A DNA stretch of 64,000 nucleotides from positions 4,962,149 through 5,026,148 of the forward strand of contig JAHRHZ010000032.1 of the NCBI GenBank assembly GCA_024137785.1, given 5' to 3'. The notes under the pieces were generated by a model. It was not told where the DNA came from. It saw nothing but the letters and a program-made list of their open reading frames with translations, and did no database searches. Of the stretch, positions 52,270 to 64,000 are shown piece by piece (positions within the stretch are counted from its first letter, which is position 1; every line of letters starts with the position of its first letter). This DNA comes from Ginglymostoma cirratum (taxonomy: Eukaryota). Both the position numbers and the translations under genes were made by a program.

Positions 52270-53055
52270 GACCATAAGATATAGGAGCAGAAGTAGGCCA
52301 TTTGGCCCATCCACTCTATTCTGCCATTTGTTAATGGTTGATATTTTTCTCAGTCGCATTCTCCTACCTTTTCGCTGAAACTTTGATCACTTTTCTAATC
52401 AAGAATCTATCTATCTTTGACTTAAAAAAACACTCAATGACTTAGCCTCGACAGTGTTCTGTGGCAATGAGTTCCTTAGATTCACCAATCTCAGGCTGAT
52501 GAAATTCCTCCTCATCTCAGTTCTGAAAAGTCGTCCCACATTGTATTCCATCTGCCATTTCTTTGTCCACTATGCTAGCCTATCCAAGTCCTTTTGCATC
52601 CTCCATGCTTCCTCAACACTACCTGTCCCTCCATCTATCTTTGTGTCATCTGCAAACTTAGCGAAAATGCCCTCAGTTCCTTCATCCAAATTGTTAATGT
52701 ATAACATGAGCAGCTATGGTCCCAACACTGACCCCTGCAGAACTCCAATAGTCACTGGCTGCCATCTGAAAAGGACCCTACTCTCAGCCTTCTGCCAGTC
52801 AGTTAATCCTTTATTCAGATATTAATACCTTGGTCCTAACATCATGGGCTCTTACCTTATTTACCAGCCTCCTGCGCAGCGCAGCACCTTCTAGAAATCC
52901 AAATAGATCATGCCCACTGGATCTCCTTTGTCTATCTTGCTAATTACCTCCTCATAGAGTTGTAACAGATTTGTCAGACATGATCTTCCCTGATGAAGAT
53001 ATGCTGACTTAGCCCTATTTTACCAAGCACTTCCAAGTACTCCACAAGTCATCCA
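52270..53055 (-). mobile_element. CR1 LINE remnant with a large internal deletion
   Basis: CR1 tail at 52270-52540 joined to the RT core (minus strand GVLQGSVLGP...AKFADDTKI). Confidence 0.85.
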
Positions 53056-54234
53056 ACGAAAGAACAATAGTGCACAATGCCTTTCATTCTACAGCCAGGC
53101 TTCAAAAACTGTTTTTAAAAGAAGCTGCCATGGTGACAGAAATAACTACTGGTTAACTATTAACTTCAGACACACAGAGAAACCCATCAGTTACTAACTC
53201 AAAATCCAGATCCAAACTCATGCCAAATATTATTAAAAATTGTACACATGAACCCTATAGTTTGCATCACAAATGCCAAATTAAAAGGTTTGACAAAATG
53301 CACTCAAGCCCTGTACTACCAAATGACTATTTATTTTAATTCTTTTCACAGCATGTATACATTACTATACGAGTCTCTGGTGTATGCAGACGACAGTAGA
53401 GACAGTCAAACTCTATATTCCTTCACCTGAATATTCCATTTATATAGACTGCATGTAAAAGATTTTTAATATTTGCCTTCACAATTGCATACATTTCTTC
53501 AAATGCCCCCAGATCAGTCTCATTCCAAAAGTTCTCTCCTGATGCATGATTAGAAAAGTAATTTAGAAGCAAAGATAACTTTTCTGACATTCAGGGACAG
53601 AAAAAAGATTCTCACCTGCCATTAGGTGAAGCAGATAAAGTTAACAGAAGCATTTAACTCTCTCAAGGTATATCTGTCAGACGGGCTAGTGATAAATACA
53701 GTCCAGTTTTCCAAAACAACTGTTCAAAGTCCTTTTTCAAACTCAGACTAGAACACTGAGTAGGGGCAAATATATTTGGGTTGAATCAGAAAAAGAGGAT
53801 AGTGTTGAATTATACCATAATGACCTCCAGTGCATATTGGCAACAGCAATTCCTCCTCTTGCCAATACAAAGGTTGGGTGAGGGGAAATGGGCTGGAGAA
53901 TAGGGATTTTGTCAACTGTGTGTCACTCCATATGGTTTCACCAGAAGTGTACACCACTTTTGTTCTCTTTCTTTTACGCACTTGTTCATACAATTTCAAC
54001 TAAAATTTAAAGTGCTGGTAAATGCAAACAAGTTTTTCGGTGCTGAAACCCACAATCAGTTGATCGTGTTGCAGCTACGGCTGGTCTATTAAAGAGCCTC
54101 CCGTCAAACAAAGGGCCTCTGCACCGTAGATACAACCTTCCTGTGCAACTCCATTGCTATTAACATTAGACTTAAGACTGTGGCACTGATGTTTATCAAA
54201 TTTAAAGTTCACCTGTAAATATATGTCATTACAT

Positions 54235-55355
54235 TGTTACACTCACATGAATAAATTGAATTCAGAGAAGAAGTTAAATGAAAGAAAACCCTGAAGTTTA
54301 TCTTAAGTAACAAGTAACAATTTATTTATTTAACCCTAACAGTGAACAAATTAACAGAACTACCAACAAACCGAACAACTCCACCCAACTCCTAACTATT
54401 CACTAAGTGAACAAAATTCTACTGGTACACTAGTCCAACAAACTAGTTGGAAAGATCTGCCTTCTTCACTGTCTCTCCAGGCATAAACATCTTTCTTCTG
54501 CTGTTCTCATTCATAAACACCTTTCTTCCACTGATCCTGCTGTCAGGGATGTTTTCTCTGTGAAGACTCTCAGCTAGAAGTGTTGAGGTACTTTTTATAG
54601 AAAAGGTGGTGCTTTCTGAGCAAGCTCAGGTAGGGGAAGGTGATGGCCTAGTGGTATTATTGCAGGACTGTTAATGCAGAGACCTAGATAATATTCTGGG
54701 GACCTGGGTTCAAATCCTGCCATGGCAGATGATGGAATGTGAATTTAATAAATATCTGGAATTAAGAGTCTAATGATAACCATGAATCCACTGTTAATTG
54801 TCAGGAAAAACCCATCTGGTTCACTAATGTTCTTTAGGGAAGGAAACTCTCATCCTTACTTGGTTTGGCCTACATGTGACTCCAGACCCACAGCAACATG
54901 GTTGACTCTTAACTGCCCTCTAGGCAATTAGGGATGGGCAATAAATGCTGCCAAGCCAGTGACGCCCTCATCCCATGAATGAGTTAAAGAAAAAGCTTAG
55001 TGATTTCCTATGAGAGCTAGGTGCTTATTTCTCAGATGACAGTTTGCTCTCATGCTGATTTTCAAAAATCATCTCCTTATATACCTTGGATGAATTATCA
55101 ATTTTCTTACAATAGCATTGGTCCAAGGTTGTCAAAACCATCAAATTTAAATTCAATTGGCTTTCAATCGCTAAGTGCTTGGTTTAAATTAATTGGCTGA
55201 TTCCAGCTCATTGCTAAAACATAAAAACATACCATGGTTTCCAATCACACAGCTGATACATGTTTCAGCCGCTACAGACAAATTTTCATTTTAATCTCCA
55301 AATTTAGAAAAGTACATCACCTCTTAAAGGGACTATGCACTCTTCCCCCTTATCA
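54235..55355 (-). mobile_element. Possible solo LTR, interrupted by a SINE
   Basis: TGATAA...TAACA ends, CCAAT motifs, TATATAA near 55077-55083 and AATAAA near 54325 in the expected order on the minus strand; no TSD seen. Confidence 0.35.
54633..54994 (+). mobile_element. tRNA-derived SINE (clear full-length copy; core possibly MetaSINE-type)
   Basis: A-box tggcctagtgg, B-box ggttcaaatcc, central core, LINE-derived tail and A-rich end. Confidence 0.9.
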
Positions 55356-56021
55356 TTTTTTTACAAACAAATTCTAGCTTTTTGCCTTCCAATTGACGAT
55401 TATCCTACACAATTTCGTAGCATGTGCATAATCATTATTTGTTGAGACTCACATAGTCAGAAAGCTAAAAGTACTGCATGCCTCACCGTTGACGTATACT
55501 GATAATTACAGGGATGTAAGGAACATTTCATGCAGGGAGAGTTTTTTTTTTTGTTCACTGTTTATCGAATGTTCATGTTGCTATCCAGAGTTATATACAC
55601 CATTCCAAGCGCATGGCTGAACTTGCAGGTTTAGTTAACCCTTCATTCAATGCATTACAAAGAACCTTCTCATAGGTCACTCTCAGTGGAGGTAATGGAA
55701 ATATTGTACCGAACGTAAAGCCCTGTACGGTCTCTATCTGCCAACCCCCAGCTCCACATCACTCTTTCTCTGAGTTGGACACACATTTGGATAGTACCAA
55801 TAGTGCTCTTTCGGCTTCTAATTTTTTTAACCTTGAACGATTGTTTTCTTCACTCCTCTCCCTGCTAGAATCAGGATGCCAGGAGCTTCCCACTCTCTTC
55901 TCTATGCTCCCGACTCCATCAATGAATTTTACCTTTACTCTAAGTATAATTATTGAGCATATGCACACTGAGTTGGGTCACAGTGATGGCAGAGCACATA
56001 GAGCTGGATATGTAACAGACA

Positions 56022-56220
56022 TGGAGAATGCTGGAGAAACTCAGCAGGTAAGACAACATTTGTGAAGAGAAAAACAGTTAATGTCAGAACTGAAGCAGTC
56101 ATATCAGATTCAAAACGTTAACTCTGTTTCTCTCTCCACAGATGCTGCCAGATCCGCTGAGTTTCTCTAGCACTTTTTGTGCTTGCTTTGGATTTCCAGC
56201 ATGAACAGTATTTTGCTTTA
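56022..56220. mobile_element. Palindromic PLE-terminus mini-element (family B, older)
   Basis: tgctggagaaactcagcagg... inverted with ...ccgctgagtttctctagca. Confidence 0.7.
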
Positions 56221-58017
56221 ATCTACCAGAGTCTATAGGGCTCCAAGTGGGATGTCCTCTCTTACTATCCTCTGTATATGGTTCTGTCCAGTAAACCTGT
56301 TGTTGTTCACTCGCAAGACTGCTGATCTCACATTACTACAGTCTTCATTCTCTGTCCTCCATTAGGTATCTCTTGCGCTCCTACATGCCCCTGACTTCAC
56401 TGATCACCCTTGCTGGTTCCAAGCCTCATAGGAAGCTGCTATTCTGCTACTCCCCTCAAATTTGCCACAGACTTAAACAAAGCAAACTGCTGACATATAA
56501 CTGCACAAGGTGACAGGTATACTCTATCTTTGAACGAATGGGGACCAAATTCACGAGATTCTCATTTCTAAAGTACAGTCTATGGGACTCGTAATGCAAG
56601 CTTTGTTTATGTCTCTCCACAGATGCTGCCAGACCAGAGTTTCTCCAGCACTCTGTTTTTATGTCACAAGATTTTCATTTGCTGCTGAAGTCATCCTTGA
56701 GCTGGGATATACTTTAGATTTTATGCTAATGAGTATTTATGTGATGCAAGTAGATAATAAATACGAACTTGCCACAGGCCACTGTGAGGCTCAATACACC
56801 ATAAATATGTTGCAATCTCTGCACTTGAACCTAGCACTGGGAAATTGAGATTTCATATCCCATCTAATTAAGATACTCTACTCATTATACCTCTCATAGT
56901 GCTTAAGCTTACACACATAACTTAAGGCTATGATGTAGAAAAGCCTCCTTTTATCCCAACAATAACTGATCCAGCATTTTATTTTTGTTTTTGTGTTTTT
57001 TAAGTGTACATGTTAACTTTATCGAACTGTTAATATCACAGCTTTTTCGTGGTTATAAATTTAAAAGGTTTTGAAACCCTCTCTCAACTTCTTGAACGTA
57101 CCAACTTTAAATCTTCAATGGCTGAGATTTCACAGGAGGGATTCTCTAAACTGGGGCACTCTAACTTCAAAGGACTCAGCGCATGAAGATTCAATGCTTC
57201 CTCTCATTAAGATGCATGGATTGAAGAATGTTGAGACCCCGAGCTGCAGATTAGGACTGACTTTGAATAAAATTTAAATATCTTTGGAAAATCTTCCAGT
57301 TGAGAAAAAGCCAATTCAGTCATGAATTAAATATTGTTTGCTTTCGGTCTGTAACCATGTACTTCAGTAACCATGCAGTATTAATTATGATGCCTGAAGA
57401 TAGGGGTTGAGAATCTACCAAGCCTTTACATTTTAAGCACAATTTAAGGATTAATTTCATCGTGAATCTTCTACCCGGAGCTGGCTTTCTGGAGTTGTGG
57501 TACATGCTGTTTCCTAAGCCCCAGGGTGTATGTTTGCTTTAAACAAGCAAGAGAGATAAATAATTAACTGTCAATTACAAAACTGATCATTGGAACTGCT
57601 TTAAGTGTAGAGAGCAGCTGAGACACGAAACTGTGCAAAGTCATTGCAAGTAAGACAGCCAAGTTGTTTGAAAAGGGATATGCACACATACTTGATAATA
57701 TTCTGATCCTGGAAAACATTATCAATGACCAAAAGGTCAATTAACCTGGTGTTAATTTGGAAAAAGACATAAATTTTAAATTAAGAACTTATAACCATTT
57801 CCTGCAATTATGTCAGTGTTTCCAAAAGGACTGATAATATTTTTGACGTGTGTGGTTGTAAAATGGAGTAGAAGGCATCCTGGAAACTTGAAAAACCTGT
57901 ATTAGATCCTCAGAGAGATACAGTTACACTACCTGATGCAGAATAGCTCTCATCTTAATTGTACTAGTTCTGAGCAAAATATATCACAGAATAGTTTCAG
58001 AACAGGATAGAATTTGG

Positions 58018-58104
58018 CTAACAAGGCGTGGGGCTGGATGAACACAGCAGGCCAAGCAGCATCATAGGAGCAGGAAAACTTGACGTTTCGGGCCTAGACC
58101 CACT
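58018..58104 (-). mobile_element. Single-arm PLE-terminus mini-element (family A)
   Basis: Same arm sequence; flanking repeat agaatttgg at 58009-58017 and 58108-58116. Confidence 0.8.
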
Positions 58105-58579
58105 GACAGAATTTGGTTAATTGTGTCTGCGCTGAATCTCTGAAAAAGTAACTTACCAAGTGCCACTACCAAGCCTTCTTTCTGGATCATCTTCCTTTTC
58201 AATTAATAATCCAATTCCTTGTCAACTGAGCCTGAATTCAGCACACCGTCTGTCAGTGCAATCCAGATAGAAAAACACTCATTTTTCCTCATATTTCTGT
58301 TGCTTCTCTCGTTAATAAATGTCATCTGTGCAGTCCTGTTCCATCTATTCTTCCATAATGGAAAAGGTTTTCCCTATCTACCCTGTGCAGGAGCCTTATT
58401 ATTTTGAACACGTCCAACAAATCTGTTAGCCTCCCCTTCAACAAGAAAAACAATCACAATCTCTCCAGTTTATAACTAACTAAAGATTCTCACACCAGAA
58501 CTATTTCTGTGACTTTTTAATGCATTCTCTCCAGTGCCATTGTGTCTTTCCAGAAGAATGGTGCCTGGAAGCAGTTATT

Positions 58580-60520
58580 TCCACCACTAAAGTGATGGAA
58601 GATGTCGTCAACAGTTTTATCAAACTGCACCTGCTCACTGATGCCCAGTTTGGGTTCTGCCAGGGCCAATCGGCTCCTGACATCATTCCAGCCTTGGTTT
58701 AAACATGCTCAAAAGCACTGAGTCCCAGAGGTGAGTTGACAGTGATACCCCTTAACATCAAGAAAGCATTCAACCAAGTGTAACATCAAGCAGCCATAGC
58801 AAAACTGGGATCAATGGGAAATAGTGGAAAACTCTCCATTGGTTGGAGTCATAGCTGAAAGATAGGAAGAACGCTGTGGTTTTTGGATGTCAGTTATCTC
58901 AGCTCCAGGACATCTCTGCAGGTGTTCGTCAGGGTAGTGTCCTAGGCTCCACCATCTTCAACTGCTTCATCAACAGCCTTCCCTCCAGTATAAGGTCAGA
59001 AGTGGGGATGTTCACTGATGATTGCATAATGTTCAGCACCATTCACAACTCTTCAGATACTGGAGCAGTCCATGTCTAAATACAATAAGAGCTTGACAAT
59101 ATCTACACTGAGCTGACAAATGGCAATTAACATTCATGCCACACAAATGATCATTTCCAATAAGAGACAATCATCTCCTCCCTTGACACTCAATGGTGTG
59201 ACAATCACTGAATTCCCCACTGTCAACATCCTAAGGAGTTACCATTGACCATAAATTCAACTGGACTCACCATACATATATTGCTACAACAGCAGGTCAG
59301 AGGCAAGGAGCAGGAGCAAGTTACTCACCTCCTGAGTCCCTGCAATGTTGGGTTTTAAAATGATACCTTCAAACCAGACCACAAAAGGTTTAATCATTAA
59401 GGGTTAATTGCTCGTGGCAATGAAGAACTGTAGGAAAGCAGAAAAGTACGCGAGAAATAGGCCGAATGCAAAACTAGCCTGTTTTGGCTAGGAGGTTACT
59501 GTAGGACACTGAATTGTCTGTGAGAACTGTCCTGTTGTGCAGTTACATGGGGCCACCTAGACTTATTTCTCAACCTGTTTTGAAACTTGAGAAAGCTCTG
59601 CTGTCATGATGAAATGGGGATTCATCGTATTACCTCAGATTCAGATTGAATTAATACCAGGGACTTTGACATACTCATCAGACTTTTGACCACTGGACTG
59701 GAGTTCTCAAGACCGGTGCCATGGAATACCATTACCAAAGTCCCTGATGGATAGAAGGCAGTGCGAGACTCACTTGTTTATATCTATTATATACACATAT
59801 TATATAGTTTGGGCTAATAGATACACTCATCAAATTGCATACATTTCTAATATATACTAAGTAGATTAAGATAATAAATTTACTTCATTTTAAAGTGCAC
59901 GTCCTCTTGTACTAATTTTGATCAGACATTAAAGAATCCATTAGGTACTTCCAGCCTAACAATACACTCCCAAAGCCTATCAGCCATCAAGAAGGCACAA
60001 GTCAGGTGAGTAATGTAATACTCCCCTCTTGCTTGGATGAGTGCAGCTCCAACAAAACTCAAGAAGGTGGACATCATCCACAACAAAGCAGCCCACTTGA
60101 CTGATGTCACATCCAAAAGTATCCGCTCCTTCTACCATTGACATTCAGTAGCAGCAATGTGTCCTGTCTACAAAATGCGCTGCAGAAATTCACAAAAGAT
60201 CATTAAACAGCACCTTCCGAAGCCATGACCATTTCTATCTAGAAGGACAAGGGCAACAGGTACATGGGAACACCACCACCTTTCAATTCCCTCCAAGTTT
60301 CTCACCATCCTGACTTGGAAATAACTCACTATTCCTTAAAGTGCTGCTGGGTCAAAATCCTGGAATTCCCTCCCTGATTGCATTGTGAGTCAATCTACAG
60401 CACATTTACTGCAGCGGTTCACGGAGGCCATTCACCACCATCTTCTCAAAGGTAACTAGGGACAGGCAATAAATTTTCGCCAGCTAGCGATTCCACGCCC
60501 CATGAGTGAATATAAAATAA
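58580..60520 (+). mobile_element. CR1/L2-group LINE remnant, split by a solo LTR
   Basis: Collinear with 49870-51160 (AQFGFCQGQSAPD, GVRQGSVLG, MFTDDC). Confidence 0.88.
59341..59966 (+). mobile_element. Solo LTR candidate (626 bp)
   Basis: TG...CA ends with an imperfect 12-bp terminal IR (tgcaatgttggg / cctaacaataca), 5-bp TSD gtccc/ctccc and AATAAA near 59873; the LINE resumes after it. Confidence 0.68.
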
Positions 60521-60864
60521 TTATCAAAAGTACAATACTCCAGTTGAGGCTAAAATAGTATTCCATACAGGTTTCCCATAACCTCCTTGCTTTTTTACCC
60601 TATGTCTCTAACAACAAAGCTTAGGATTCTGTATGCTTTATTAACCACTCTCTCAACCTTTCCTTTCATCTTCAACAACTTATGCACTTGAACATCAAGG
60701 TTGCTGAATCCATTTTTAGAAATGTATCTTTCAGTTTACATTGGGTCTTCTTTCCGTTTCTGCTAAAATTAATAATTTAACTCCTCTCTGATTAAATTTT
60801 ACTCACTACTCATCCACTCAGTCCAACACGTCTTGTCTGCAACCTTTGAATTTCTGCACTATCT

Positions 60865-62170
60865 AAGGTTTTAGCGAAGATTTGTAGCTTGGGTTGTGGG
60901 TGAGATTGTTGGCTTGCTCGCCAAGCTGGCTTGTTTTCGTTCAGCTGTTTCGTTGCCATGCTAGGTAACATCATCAGTGAGGCCTCCGATGAAACGATAT
61001 TGTTCTACCCCTGACCAGTCCATTATGATGAGTAGTGTCATTTCTGGTTTTGTTCTGTACAGGTTTGTATATGGGGTCCAATTCTATATGTTTGTTGATT
61101 GCATTATGGATTGTGAAGTTCGTTGTGTAGTTTCACTGCAAGCTGATGTTCATGTATCCTGACGGCAAGTTTCCTTCCTGTCTGTCCGATGGCAGTTGTT
61201 GCATGGTATTTTGTAAACTACATTGGTTCTACATGTTGTGAGAATAGGGTCTTTAATCCTTGTGAGTATTTTTCATAGAGTGGCTGTGGGCTTGTGTGCT
61301 ACCATGATTCCTAGTTATCGTCGGAGTCTTGTTGTCAGTTCTGATATGTTCTTGATAAAGGGCAGCGTGGCCAGTGTGTTAGGGCATACTGTGTCCTCTT
61401 GGTGTTGTCTATTTAGTAGGCACTTGCAGATAAGTTGCAGGGATATCCGTTCATTGTGAAGATTTTGTATAGGTGCCCTTTCACTTTCCTACGTAGTTCT
61501 GGTGTGTTGCAGTGAGTAGTGGCCCATTTACATAGTGTCCTCATACAGCTTTGTTTGTGGACGTTGGGGTGGTTGCTGTCGAAGTTGAGTATTTGGTCAG
61601 TGTGGGTTGCTTTCCTGCATAACGAGGTTTGGAACTCCCCATTGGTCATACGTTCAACTCTGACGTCCAAAAACGGAAGCTGATTGTTCTTTTCATCTTC
61701 TCTTGTGAATTTAATCCTGGTGAATATGTTATTGTTGAGGTGGTGGGTCTCTTCTAGTTTGATGCGTTTAATGAGGACAAATGTGTCATCCATGTACCAG
61801 ATCCACAGTTTAGGTTGCGTGTGGGGGAGGGTGGTGTGTTCTAGCCTTTGCATGACTGCCTCTGCGATGAGTCCTGAGATGGGGGTGACTCCATGGGTGT
61901 GCCATTGATCTGTTTGTATATTTGAATATTAAAGACAAAATGTGTGGTGAGGCATAAGTCTAGCAGTTTGAGTACGTTGTCATTGCTGATGGAGCTGCTG
62001 GTCTGAGTTCCTGCTTCCTCTAGTAATGTGACCAGTGTTTCTTTGGCTAGTGGAATGTCAATTTGTGTGAATAATGCTGTGACGACAAAGGATACCATGA
62101 TCTCATCGTCGTTGATTTTTATATTCTTGAGGGTATTGTGGAACTCTTGGGTTGAGTGGATGGAATGGGG
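60865..62170 (-). mobile_element. 5'-truncated PLE (Poseidon-type): RT, GIY-YIG and 3' pseudo-LTR
   Basis: SFVVTALFT, YKQINGTPM, WYMDDTFV, LPFLDV, RKATHTDQIL..SNHP, NGYP; NVVYKIPCNNC..IGQTGRKL..RIHEH at about 61130-61235; TSD tgcactatct (60855-60864) / tgcattatct (62171-62180). Confidence 0.92.
60942..60977 (-). ncRNA. Degenerate hammerhead ribozyme motif in the PLE 3' terminus
   Basis: CUGAUGA-U-GUUACC-UAGCAU-GGCAAC-GAAA-CAGC; stem II pairs at 5 of 6 positions and the expected GUC cleavage triplet is mutated. Confidence 0.65.
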
Positions 62171-62261
62171 TGCATTATCTTCCTAACTGTTCACAATGTT
62201 TCCAAGCTTCATATATCAGCTATAAGTTTTGAAGTGTCCTGCACAGCAGAGTCCAAGTCTT

Positions 62262-64000
62262 TTTTTCACTTTGATCATGGATGTGGGCATTGCTGGCTAC
62301 CTCATTTATGGCTCATCACAAATTGCCTTTGAGAAGAAGAAGGTGCCTTCTTGAAGCACTATAGTGCATGGGAGATAGGTACACCTTTAGTGCTCTTACG
62401 AAGAGAGCTCCAGGTTTTTGATCCAGCAACAGTGAATGAATGGCATGGTTGTCCCAATTCAGAATAGTGTGTGTCTTGGCAGAGATTTTACAAGTGATTG
62501 TGTTCCCATGCATATGCTACCCTTGTCCTTCTAGGTGGTGGAGATTATGGTGCTGGAATGTGCTTTCAATACAGCCTTGGTGAATTGCTGCATTACATCT
62601 TGTAGATGGTACACACTGCTGTTATTAAGCTTTGGTGATGGAGGAAGTGAATGGTGAAGGTGGTAGCTAGAATTCCAATCAAGTGGGCTCTTGTGTCCTG
62701 GATTGTGTTGAACATCAAATTTTGTTGCACCTGCACACAACCAGGCAAGTAGAGAGTAACCATTATACTCCTGAATTTGTGCCTTGTAGATGGTGGACAA
62801 GCACTGGGGAGTCAGTCACCACAAAATTCCTAACTTCTGACCTGTTGTCATAACTAGAGTGTTTATGTGGTTAGTACAGTTCAGTCACTGGTGAAGATGT
62901 TGATACAGCAATGGTAATCTTGATGAGCATGAAATAAAAATGGTTAGATTCTCTATTTTTTGTAGATGGTCATTACCTGGTATGTGCATGGCATGCAAGT
63001 TCCTTGTCACTTATTAGCCTAAAGTCAGATGTTGCCCAGGACCAGGTCTTGCTGCATTTGTGCACAGGCTGCTTTAGCTTTGTGGAGCTGGTGGCAAAGT
63101 GGTAATGTCACTGGAACAGTAACACACAACCCCAGGCTAATATTTTGTGGACATGGTTTCAAATTCCACTCAGTACAAGTTGAAATGTGAATTCAATAAA
63201 AATCTGGAATTAAAAGCTAGCCTAATTGTTGACTGTGAAAGCACTGTTGATTGTTGTAACAATCTAACTGGTTCACCATCCTTTAGGGAAGGAAATCTGC
63301 CATTGATACCTAGTCTGGTCTACATGTGACTCCAGTTACACAGGAATACTGTTGTCTCTTAACTGTGCTCTGGGCAATTAGGAACAAGCAACAAATGTTG
63401 AACACAAAGCAATTTGTGAACATGTCCACTTCTGAACTAAGATGGAGAGGATTAATCAAGTAGCTGAAAATGGTTGTTGGGCCCACGATACAATCCTGAA
63501 AAGCTCTTGCAGTGATGTCCTGGAACTTTGAACAACCATAAGTATCTTTCTTTGTGCTGGGTACGACTCCAACAAATGCAGAGCTTTACCGGATTCCCAT
63601 TGACTTCAGTTTTGTTGGAGCTTAATGATACCATAGTCAGTCTAATGTTGATAATAAACAGCAGTCATTCCCAACCCACCTCCTGAATTTAGCTTTTTGT
63701 CCAGATCTGAACAAAAGTGATGATGAGGTCAAGAGATTAGTCGCCCTGTTGGAATCCAACCTGAGCAGGTTATTTCTCAGCAAGTGCTGTTTGATAATGC
63801 TTTTAGTGACCCTTTCTGTTACATTCCTGATATTCGAGAGCAGACCGATGGGTCTATAATTAGCCAGAATGGATTTGTGCTGCTTTTTGTAGACAGGACA
63901 TATTTACATTCCTATGTAGACGCCAGTGTTGTAGTGGTACTGCAACAGCTTATTTTGAGTCACAGCTGATGTACAGCGTAAATCTTTGGTACCACTGGCA
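62262..64000 (-). mobile_element. Older CR1/L2-group LINE remnant
   Basis: Reverse complement of the 49700-51160 family (STIYKAQI..., tail at about 62270). Confidence 0.78.
63084..63400 (+). mobile_element. tRNA-derived SINE nested in the LINE
   Basis: A-box tggcaaagtgg; core cctttagggaaggaaatctgcc...ctacatgtgactccag. Confidence 0.8.

Noticed and set aside
5367-58104. CRISPR-like or tRNA-gene interpretation of the recurrent short repeats
   Set aside because: Copies are dispersed with TSDs rather than regularly spaced, and the A/B boxes belong to SINE heads rather than cloverleaf tRNAs.

Overview
Vertebrate genomic DNA, almost certainly a cartilaginous fish (the repeat families look shark-like; a carpet shark is my guess, unverified), with three N-gaps. 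The only host gene I can support is on the minus strand: four consecutive phase-1/phase-1 V-type Ig exons (27803-27396, 23555-23166, 19687-19286, 15112-14711) that splice in frame into Ig domains 2-5 of an EWI-family protein most similar to IGSF3. I found no signal/Ig1 exons and no Ig6-TM exons, so the whole window is probably inside this gene. The rest is intron dense with transposon relics: CR1 LINEs, a second CR1/L2-group LINE with its partner tRNA-SINE (about 10 copies), L2 fragments, solo-LTR candidates, two Harbinger transposase relics and Penelope-like elements (PLEs). The most notable signal is a set of short, often palindromic PLE-terminus insertions with 11-14 bp target-site duplications (TSDs). 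They carry hammerhead-ribozyme-like cores (CUGANGA-stem II-GAAA), share a recurrent end point, and flank all three assembly gaps. Ribozymes in PLE termini are known in general, so this is a notable local instance rather than a demonstrated new system. Repeat boundaries are approximate unless a TSD is quoted, and family names come from recalled consensus motifs, not a database search.
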